NCBI GenBank assembly: GCA_012517955.1
Contig: JAAYTW010000215.1
Location: 1 to 35,061 of the forward strand
DNA length: 35,061 nucleotides
Direction: 5' to 3'
Source of the DNA: Candidatus Zixiibacteriota bacterium
Lineage (GTDB): Bacteria; Zixibacteria; MSB-5A5; UBA10806; 4484-95
The notes below the pieces were generated by a model, which saw only the letters and a list, made by a program, of their open reading frames with translations, was not told the DNA's origin and did no database searches. Below, piece by piece: positions 27,765 through 35,061 of this stretch (its first letter is position 1; every line of letters begins with the position of its first letter). The position numbers and the translations under genes were made by a program.

Positions 27765-28557
27765 TTTTTCTTTTAAGATAGATAAACCACCAGGCCGCGA
27801 TAATCAGAAGACAGAGGCAAAGAAATTGGTTTCGTGAAAAATCGACGGAACCGATTCTTACAAAAACCATCGATTCTTCGTAGTAGCGAAAGAAATCGAT
27901 AATGAAACGCCAGATACTGTACATAGCAAGGCCGATCCAGAAAGTATAACCGTTGAAAGTCTTTTTACGCTCAAATAGAATCAATAATCCGGCCAGTAAA
28001 AAACCCGCGACAGACGAGAATATCTGTGTCGGCCAAATCGCGGTGTTAGGGAACACCCAGCCTGCCATTGAATCGGGAGGAAATACCACTCCACAACCGC
28101 AATGGGTAGGTTTGCCGAAGCAGCAACCGTTAAGAAAGCAGCCAATCCGGGTAATCCCTTCGCCAATGAAAAAAGACGGCGTCAAAGCATCGAGCAAGCC
28201 CCAGGGATAGACTTTGCGGATAATGAAATACAGAACAGCCGCGATAATCGCCAATACAAGTCCACCCATCATAGATAAGCCGGCGATTCCAATTTGGCCG
28301 GTACTCTGGAAAGGATTTATTGTATCTATCCAGTGTCCGGCGAATTCATCAGGATGGTATATCACGTAGAAAAAACGCGAACCGACGATGGCCGCCACCA
28401 TGACAATAAAACATAAATCTATCATCACTTTTTCGCTGTAACCGGCTTTCTTAGCGCGCCGGACCGCGAGCCACACGCCGACAAAAAACGAAATGGCCAG
28501 CATCAATCCATAAGCTTTAACAGAAAACGGGCCAAAATGAAATAATTCTGGATGCAT
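27736..28557 (-). CDS. lgt: Prolipoprotein diacylglyceryl transferase
   Basis: MHPELF, YGLM, GSRFFYV, RIGCFLNGCCFG, PTQI, RFIIDFFR. Confidence 0.93.
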   Translation of the reverse strand: MHPELFHFGPFSVKAYGLMLAISFFVGVWLAVRRAKKAGYSEKVMIDLCFIVMVAAIVGSRFFYVIYHPDEFAGHWIDTINPFQSTGQIGIAGLSMMGGLVLAIIAAVLYFIIRKVYPWGLLDALTPSFFIGEGITRIGCFLNGCCFGKPTHCGCGVVFPPDSMAGWVFPNTAIWPTQIFSSVAGFLLAGLLILFERKKTFNGYTFWIGLAMYSIWRFIIDFFRYYEESMVFVRIGSVDFSRNQFLCLCLLIIAAWWFIYLKRKNARVSSGIN

Positions 28558-28558
28558 A

Positions 28559-29773
28559 TTAATACTCCTGCCAATCGCGATTTATCGCTAAAATTACTCC
28601 AATCAACGCCCAGTTGTAAAGCATCGACGAACCGCCGTAGCTAACAAAAGGCAACGGGACGCCTGTCACCGGCATCAAACCGACGGTCATACCGATGTTG
28701 ACCAGCGTTTGAAAGGCCACCGCTCCCGTAAGGCCGGCGGCCACGTAGCTATTAAAGGGGTTTCGAGCTTTGTAGGCAACCATAAATCCGCGAACGATTA
28801 TCAACGAAAAAAGCAGTAACACCATTATGCTTCCCACAAATCCCAATTCTTCGGAAATAACCGAATAAATGAAATCGGTATGACGTTCCGGCAAATAATC
28901 GAGTTTGGTTTGCGTGCCTTTCATGAATCCGCGGCCGATAATGCCTCCCGAACCAATGGCGATTTTTGATTGAATCACATGATAACCGGAACCGCTTGGG
29001 TCTTGTCCCGGGTCAAGAAACGTCAAAACGCGCTGACGTTGATATTCGTGTAAGCGGTTCCAAAGATACGGCGTAGCCATCCCGAAACCGATAAATACCA
29101 ATAAAAACAAAATGCTGATGGTGATTCCCGGACGAGAAATATATAAAAGCATTAAAAACGCGGCAAACGCGAAAATCCAGGTTACCCAATGAAACGCCGT
29201 AATCAGACTGATAACCGGTGAGACAATCAAAATTATGCGGGATATGGGCATGCCGGTCCAGACAAGCAAGGTCAAATAAGTGGCCAATCCGACAAGCGAA
29301 CTTCCCAAATCAGGCTGTTTAACAATCAGCAATGTTGGGATAATTACGATAAGGAGAGCGATTACAATCGTGGAGAATTTTTTGATTTTCAACTGCCGAT
29401 AGACGAAAAACCTCGAAAGCACGATACAAACGGCGAATTTGGCGAATTCGGCCGGTTGCAAACCTAAGCCGCCGATATTAAACCATCTGGCGGCGCCGCT
29501 TTTGGATACAAACAAAACCAAAACAAGAAGGAAAATGGCCGCGCCATAATAAACATATGCCATAACTTCATGGACCTTCAATGGAATAAAATATAGAACG
29601 ATTGCCAGTCCGATTCCGAGCATCAGCCATAGTATTTGTTTTTCGAAATAAGTATGTTCGGCGGTAATAGCGGAGTTTTTAGTGGCGCTATAAATAAAAA
29701 TTATCCCTATTATAGACAGAATTATCGGGACAAAAGCCAAAATCGAATCTAATTTTAAACGCGATATTTTCAT
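28559..29773 (-). CDS. rodA: Rod shape-determining SEDS protein RodA
   Basis: QPAEFAK, QPDLGS, GYHVIQSKIAIGSGG, LPERHTDFI, PVTGVPLPFVSYGGS. Confidence 0.96.
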   Translation of the reverse strand: MKISRLKLDSILAFVPIILSIIGIIFIYSATKNSAITAEHTYFEKQILWLMLGIGLAIVLYFIPLKVHEVMAYVYYGAAIFLLVLVLFVSKSGAARWFNIGGLGLQPAEFAKFAVCIVLSRFFVYRQLKIKKFSTIVIALLIVIIPTLLIVKQPDLGSSLVGLATYLTLLVWTGMPISRIILIVSPVISLITAFHWVTWIFAFAAFLMLLYISRPGITISILFLLVFIGFGMATPYLWNRLHEYQRQRVLTFLDPGQDPSGSGYHVIQSKIAIGSGGIIGRGFMKGTQTKLDYLPERHTDFIYSVISEELGFVGSIMVLLLFSLIIVRGFMVAYKARNPFNSYVAAGLTGAVAFQTLVNIGMTVGLMPVTGVPLPFVSYGGSSMLYNWALIGVILAINRDWQEY

Positions 29774-31551
29774 GCTATCGGTTTTGTCGGGATTTTAAAA
29801 TAATATTGCAAGATTCGTTTGGCCAAAGGCGCGGCAACCGTGCTGCCGTGTCCGGCGTTTTCCACCAGTACCGCTATTGATATTTCGGGGTTTACCGCCG
29901 GCGCGATGCAAACGAACCAGGAGTGTTCTTTCCCGTGGGGATTTTGCGCCGTTCCGGTTTTTCCGGCCACTGATATTCCCGGAAGCTGAACGCCTCGGGC
30001 CGTGCCACCACCCTCCTCCGTTACGCCGGTCATGGCTTCAACCAAGAAATCAAGCTGGGCCTGAGTCAAGGGAAGTTTACCTGTTTCTTTGGGCGATATA
30101 ATAGTTTCGGTACCGTAGCTATCGGTAATTTTTTTTACGATTTGAGGTTGATAGATAGTGCCGCCGTTTCCCACGGCAGCGTACAAAGTCGCCATCTGAA
30201 CAGGCGTAACCAAGACTTCCCCCTGTCCAATGGCCAGGTTTACGATAAATATTTTTGTCCAGCCGTTCTTGCCGTAACGGTTATCATAGTATTTAATTGA
30301 AGGCGAATTGCCCGGTTTCTCGCCTGGGATATCGATTCCTGTCAATTGTCCGAGATGGCACATCGGCATGAATTTTTCCCAGAGTTCCATGCCGCAGGCA
30401 AGCCCCATTTGATAAAAATAAATATCGCACGATTGGACAATAGCGCCATGCAAATCAAGGCGTCCGTGTCCCTCGGGACGCCAGCACTTAAAAACACGGT
30501 TACCAAACCGTTTGGCGCCGCGGCATGCATCGAAACCGCGTTCGGCGCTGACCTTATCGAAGTAAAGCGCCATACCGGCGGTAAAGATTTTCATCGTCGA
30601 ACCCGGCGGGTAGGTTGCTTGTATGCCGCGATTTAAAAGCGGGTGGGCCGGATCGTTTACGATTTCATTCCATTTATCGGGCGAGATGAATCCCGAAAAC
30701 AGGTTGGCGTCAAATTCGGGCGAAGAAGCCAGGGTCAATACGCCGCCGGTATTAACATCCATAACAACGACGGCCCCTTGACCGCACGAATCTAAAAGGT
30801 GGTCGGCCAGCTTCTGCATTTCCAAATCTATATTAAGTGTCAAGGTGGCTCCGCTAATCGGTTCGACATCCTCTTTTTCCGGGTATTTTCCCAATACCCT
30901 GCCTTGCGCGGTCACCTCCAGATAAGAAAGTCCATCTCGGCCTCTCAGGTAACTATCGTACTGTTTTTCAATACCTTTTTTGCCTACCAGATCGCCGCTT
31001 CGATAATCGGGATTTGTTTCGATTTCTTTGTCGTAAACTTCGCCTATATAACCAAGGAAATGCGAGCCGATACCACTATCGGGATACATCCGGGTGGGTT
31101 CAATCTGAAAAGCGACTCCAGGCAAGTCCAGCGAGTGTTCTTCCAATATGCTCAAGGTCGTAAAATCGATATCGCGGCGAAGTCTAATCGGCAGGAATTT
31201 ATTTTTCCAGTTGGCGACAATGGTATTTTGAAGATAGGTTTTGTCCACATTAAGGAAATTAGCCAACTTGGCGGCGACCAATTTTATATCAGGCACCTGA
31301 TACGGGACCAGATACATCGAGTAAGACGGCCTGTTACGAACGATGATGTTCCCGAACCTATCGAGGATTATACCGCGAGGAGCTTTAATCGGGACGATAC
31401 GGACGCTGTTTTCCAAAGACGCTCTACGGTAATAAGATGCGGAGAATATCTGCATGGCCGAGAGTTTTATAAAAATGGCGATGGCTATTAATAAATATAC
31501 CGCCATCAATACTTTAAAATTGAATTTGCGGTCCAGTCGCTGGTCAACCAT
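29770..31551 (-). CDS. mrdA: Penicillin-binding protein 2
   Basis: N-terminal TM, APRGIILDR, PPGSTMK, SCD, KTGTAQ. Confidence 0.96.
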   Translation of the reverse strand: MVDQRLDRKFNFKVLMAVYLLIAIAIFIKLSAMQIFSASYYRRASLENSVRIVPIKAPRGIILDRFGNIIVRNRPSYSMYLVPYQVPDIKLVAAKLANFLNVDKTYLQNTIVANWKNKFLPIRLRRDIDFTTLSILEEHSLDLPGVAFQIEPTRMYPDSGIGSHFLGYIGEVYDKEIETNPDYRSGDLVGKKGIEKQYDSYLRGRDGLSYLEVTAQGRVLGKYPEKEDVEPISGATLTLNIDLEMQKLADHLLDSCGQGAVVVMDVNTGGVLTLASSPEFDANLFSGFISPDKWNEIVNDPAHPLLNRGIQATYPPGSTMKIFTAGMALYFDKVSAERGFDACRGAKRFGNRVFKCWRPEGHGRLDLHGAIVQSCDIYFYQMGLACGMELWEKFMPMCHLGQLTGIDIPGEKPGNSPSIKYYDNRYGKNGWTKIFIVNLAIGQGEVLVTPVQMATLYAAVGNGGTIYQPQIVKKITDSYGTETIISPKETGKLPLTQAQLDFLVEAMTGVTEEGGGTARGVQLPGISVAGKTGTAQNPHGKEHSWFVCIAPAVNPEISIAVLVENAGHGSTVAAPLAKRILQYYFKIPTKPIA

Positions 31552-32048
31552 TAAAACATATTCCTGAAAATATATCTATATTGAATCAACAGAAAAGTAA
31601 CGATCCCGACGGCTGTCGAGTAAAGAGTCGTTATCAACGTATGAGAAAGAATAAAACCAAAATCCCCGCTAAGCATATCGAAACGACTAAAGGACAGGAA
31701 TAACAACGTATAAATAAAACTAACGATTAAAAGCGTCAAAAAACGCAACGGCATCGATTCAATGACGAATTTCCCTTTAAGAGTGGACAAGCCAAGAGAG
31801 AAAAAGGCCAGAAGTAACGCCGCCCAACCGAAATCTGCCGGCGATATTATTCCCACGAATGCGCCGCAGGCAAAACCAAACAACATAGCGGTTCGCGGTT
31901 GTTTAACCAAAGCAATCCAAAGGCTGATAATTAAAGCCATATCGGCTGTTGCGCCGGCGATAGTGATGCGGGGAGCCACAATTATTTGAAAAAACAAAAC
32001 GAATATTATGGCGAACGCGTATTCGAAATTTACGATTTTATTGACCAT
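31551..32048 (-). CDS. mreD: Rod shape-determining protein MreD
   Basis: 165-aa polytopic membrane protein between mreC and mrdA. Confidence 0.85.
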   Translation of the reverse strand: MVNKIVNFEYAFAIIFVLFFQIIVAPRITIAGATADMALIISLWIALVKQPRTAMLFGFACGAFVGIISPADFGWAALLLAFFSLGLSTLKGKFVIESMPLRFLTLLIVSFIYTLLFLSFSRFDMLSGDFGFILSHTLITTLYSTAVGIVTFLLIQYRYIFRNMF

Positions 32049-32826
32049 AGAGGATAACGAACACCTCCTCCAGCGACCAAAACTGCACGGCTGGCTTCAC
32101 CAATATCTCTTTAAAAAGCGATCCAGTCTGGTTTTTGGCGTATACCACCGTTCCCACTTGAATCCCAGGAGGGAATATGCCTCCGAAACCGGAAGAAACG
32201 ATAGTGTCGCCAACAGCTAATTGACTTTCGACCGGCACCTCACCCATCTGAAGCAGTTTTCCGCCGCGCCAGCGGATTATTCCCTGGGTCCGCGTATTTT
32301 GGTCAATCGCCGACACGCGGCAGTTATGGTCGGTCAGCAATTGCACCATACATGAATTCTGAGTGACAGCTATAGTTTTGCCAACTATCCCGTCCGCAGT
32401 AACAACCGGATTATTCACTCGTACGCCCCGGTTCGCGCCGACATTAATCAAAATTGATTTGGCATTGGGGTTGTTTCCAATGCCGATTACTTTGGCCGGA
32501 ACCAGCGTGTAGGGCATGTGAATATTGAAATCAAGCATCTTTCTCAAGCGGGCGTTCTCGGCGCGTTCTTCGGCAAAACTCGCCACTTGAACCGATAGTT
32601 CGGCCAGCTTTTGATTTAATAGTATGTTTTGTTTTTTCGCTGTAGCAATATCGTTTAAAAATCCGTCGAAAGCCGTAAGTGGGAAATATAAAGTATTGAT
32701 AACGGCGGTCGAGATGGAAGTTTTAATATCGAGCGGAATAGCGATAAATATAATAGAAAGCAGGAAAATTCCCGCAATCCACAGGAAGTTTCTATTTCTT
32801 ATAAGATTTAATATAAATCCGAACAT
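32038..32826 (-). CDS. mreC: Rod shape-determining protein MreC
   Basis: TM plus coiled coil (ENARLRKML), GIVGK, GDTIVSSGFGGIFPPGIQVG, LEEVFV. Confidence 0.95.
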   Translation of the reverse strand: MFGFILNLIRNRNFLWIAGIFLLSIIFIAIPLDIKTSISTAVINTLYFPLTAFDGFLNDIATAKKQNILLNQKLAELSVQVASFAEERAENARLRKMLDFNIHMPYTLVPAKVIGIGNNPNAKSILINVGANRGVRVNNPVVTADGIVGKTIAVTQNSCMVQLLTDHNCRVSAIDQNTRTQGIIRWRGGKLLQMGEVPVESQLAVGDTIVSSGFGGIFPPGIQVGTVVYAKNQTGSLFKEILVKPAVQFWSLEEVFVILYGQ

Positions 32827-33281
32827 TATTCGTCGGAATCAAGTACCTCAATCAGATCTTCTTTATATTTCGCCTTGAGGAGTTTTTGCCGATTTTTCTC
32901 ATTTTTCATTAAAAACGACAGTTTGGCCATAACGTTAAGATGGGCTCCGATGGCATCCTCGGGCGCCGCAATCAAGAAAAACAGGTTGACCGGTTTTCTA
33001 TCCATAGACTCGAAGTCAACGCCTTCGGTTTTTCTGCCAAATGCGATAACCACACCCCTGACCGATTTGGTTTTGGCGTGGGGAAACGCGACATTGTAGC
33101 CGACTCCGGTGGTAACGAGTTTTTCACGTTCCAGCACCGATTTGAGCAACTCCTCTTTATTTTTAACTAAATCGGAATTTCCCGCCAATTCGACCAGTTC
33201 CTTGATGATTTCTTCTTTATTATTCCCTTTTAGGTCGAATGATATCAATTTATCGTCAATAAATCGGGATAGCTTTATCAT
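32826..33281 (-). CDS. PTS EIIA (Fru/Ntr-type) domain protein
   Basis: LEREKLVTTGVG..VAFPHA (phospho-His), GVDFESMD.KPVNLFFL, HL. Confidence 0.9.
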   Translation of the reverse strand: MIKLSRFIDDKLISFDLKGNNKEEIIKELVELAGNSDLVKNKEELLKSVLEREKLVTTGVGYNVAFPHAKTKSVRGVVIAFGRKTEGVDFESMDRKPVNLFFLIAAPEDAIGAHLNVMAKLSFLMKNEKNRQKLLKAKYKEDLIEVLDSDE

Positions 33282-33290
33282 TTTTCCTCC

Positions 33291-33458
33291 TTAATACTTC
33301 TGAGCCTCATCTATAAGCATTACCGGAATATCGCCATCCTCGACTCTGTATAGCAGGCGACAAGCCGGGCAAAGCAGAACATTTTTAACTTCGTCATACT
33401 CGAGGTCCCCTTTACACTTGGGACAGGCGAGAATTTCAATCAACTTAGGATTAAGCAT
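33291..33458 (-). CDS. Trm112/YcaR-like protein (55 aa, below the ORF-track cut-off)
   Basis: Manual translation [55 protein letters not shown]. Confidence 0.92.
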   Translation of the reverse strand: MLNPKLIEILACPKCKGDLEYDEVKNVLLCPACRLLYRVEDGDIPVMLIDEAQKY

Positions 33459-33473
33459 TTGGTTTACTCACTT

Positions 33474-34460
33474 TCATTCATTATATACGCCAATAACGCG
33501 GTATTTCTCAAGTCTTTTATTGCAAAGTTCTTCGGGAGAAAGCATTTTTAACTCATTTAGGGCTTGAATCAGCTCCCCCTTGATAATACGAGCGGTTCCT
33601 TCGTAGTCCATATGAGCCCCGCCCGGGGGTTCAGGCACAACCTTATCGATTATTTCAAACGCGGCGTTGTCGCTGGCGGTCAGTTTTAAGGCCTCCGCGG
33701 CCTGACGGCGGCGGGCCTCCAGTTTGGCTGGGTCGGCCCCTGCCTCCGCTTTCCAGAGAATGGCGGCGCAACCTTCAGGGGAAATTACCGTGTACCATGA
33801 ATTTTCGAGCATATACACCCTATCGCCCACACCGATACCGAGCGCGCCGCCGGAGGCTCCCTCGCCGATAATAAAACAAATAATCGGGACCTCAATCGCG
33901 GCCATCTCCATGATATTTCTGGCAATCGCCTCCGCTTGCCCCCTCTCTTCGGCGCCTACTCCCGGGTAGGCCCCCGGCGTATCGATAAAGATAACTATCG
34001 GTAAACCGAATTTTTCGGCGACTTTCATTAAACGAAGAGCTTTGCGATAGCCCTCCGGATGACACATACCAAAATTACGATATTGGCGTTGCTTGGTATC
34101 GCGCCCTTTTTGTTGACCAATCACCATTACCCGGTGCTCATCAAGTTTGGCAAATCCGCCAATCATGGCTTTATCGTCGGCAAATCGGCGGTCGCCATGC
34201 AATTCGAAGAAATCGGTGAAGGCCAATTGAATAATATCCAGGCTATACGGCCTTAGAGGATGGCGGGCCAATTGCACCCTTTGCCAACGAGTCAGTTTAG
34301 AATAGACCTCGGCGCGGAGCCGGTTTCTTCGTCGTTCCAGAAGTTCGATTTCTTTTGAGAGTTCCAGATTCTCGGCTGAAGCCAGATCGCGCATCTCCTT
34401 TATTTTGCGGTCCAACTCGAGAATCGGGCGCTCAAAGTCGAGATAATCCTGTTCCTTCAT
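33474..34460 (-). CDS. accA: Acetyl-CoA carboxylase carboxyltransferase alpha subunit
   Basis: [59 protein letters not shown]. Confidence 0.97.
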   Translation of the reverse strand: MKEQDYLDFERPILELDRKIKEMRDLASAENLELSKEIELLERRRNRLRAEVYSKLTRWQRVQLARHPLRPYSLDIIQLAFTDFFELHGDRRFADDKAMIGGFAKLDEHRVMVIGQQKGRDTKQRQYRNFGMCHPEGYRKALRLMKVAEKFGLPIVIFIDTPGAYPGVGAEERGQAEAIARNIMEMAAIEVPIICFIIGEGASGGALGIGVGDRVYMLENSWYTVISPEGCAAILWKAEAGADPAKLEARRRQAAEALKLTASDNAAFEIIDKVVPEPPGGAHMDYEGTARIIKGELIQALNELKMLSPEELCNKRLEKYRVIGVYNE

Positions 34461-35061
34461 TTTTTCTCGGCCCTCCCCGCTTTAAGATTTCGGGTCACAA
34501 CGATGGCTGTAAATATAATGAAAGCCGTCTGTAAGACAAATAAAATATTACGATTACCTCCGGCAATCGCAAAAGCCGCCAGGGCAAATTGGAAACTGAC
34601 AAGATAGAAAAGCCAAACCGTAACGCGTTCGGGAATACCTAAATCTAATAGGAGATGGAATATGTGGCGTCTGTCGGCGATATATATTTTCTTTCCCGAC
34701 AAAAGCCTTCTGGAAAATGTGCTTACAATTTCGATAATCGGCACTCCCAGCGCCAATATCGGAACGAACATAACGATAGTGGCGAAACTTTTCGGCCAGA
34801 ATAGCGATATAGCCGCGAACATATACCCTAAAAACAGGGAACCGGAATCACCCATAAAAATTGAGGCCGGAAAATAATTGTATTTAAGAAACGCCAAAGA
34901 GGTCCCGATTACACCGGCGGCCAGAAGCGAAGGCAGCGGCAAATCGAGAATAATGCTCAATACCAGAAAGCTGGCCGCGACTATCGCGCTTACTCCAGCC
35001 GCCAAACCGTCAAGACCATCAATAAGGTTAATGGTATTGGTTATTGCCACCAGCCAGATAA
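34457..35061 (-). CDS. MraY/WecA/TagO family undecaprenyl-phosphate GlcNAc-1-phosphate transferase, 5' end outside the window
   Basis: [32 protein letters not shown]. Confidence 0.9.
   Translation of the reverse strand, partial: IWLVAITNTINLIDGLDGLAAGVSAIVAASFLVLSIILDLPLPSLLAAGVIGTSLAFLKYNYFPASIFMGDSGSLFLGYMFAAISLFWPKSFATIVMFVPILALGVPIIEIVSTFSRRLLSGKKIYIADRRHIFHLLLDLGIPERVTVWLFYLVSFQFALAAFAIAGGNRNILFVLQTAFIIFTAIVVTRNLKAGRAEKK

Noticed and set aside
30799-31491. 230-aa plus-strand ORF
   Set aside because: Antisense shadow of mrdA with no recognisable motifs or RBS.

Overview
A 35 kb bacterial chromosomal segment, almost all on the minus strand and mostly housekeeping. A decayed Por/T9SS-type C-terminal sorting domain and the protein styles suggest the FCB group, possibly Zixibacteria-like (inference only). 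From left to right: (1) the translation operon rimP-nusA-infB-DUF503-rbfA-nrnA(DHH)-truB-ribF-rpsO-pnp, with pnp truncated by the window edge; (2) an AT-rich lipoprotein gene bracketed by two 51-bp structured direct repeats; (3) guaB, a C4 zinc-ribbon coiled-coil protein, tRNA-Val(CAC) and tRNA-Ile2(CAT); (4) a pseudogene remnant; (5) a methionine/methyl module (YitJ-like Hcy methyltransferase-MTHFR fusion, URO-D-fold protein, fRMsr-like GAF protein); (6) a soluble GAF kinase / hybrid kinase / sigma-54 activator system followed by a degenerate GGDEF protein; (7) two plus-strand genes (M50 protease, small Cys-rich protein); (8) a tightly coupled operon wecA-like-accA-trm112-PTS IIA-mreC-mreD-mrdA-rodA-lgt-comF-archease-rtcB that lacks mreB. 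No CRISPR array, rRNA, integrase or transposase was seen. All calls come from motif recognition by eye, without database searches.
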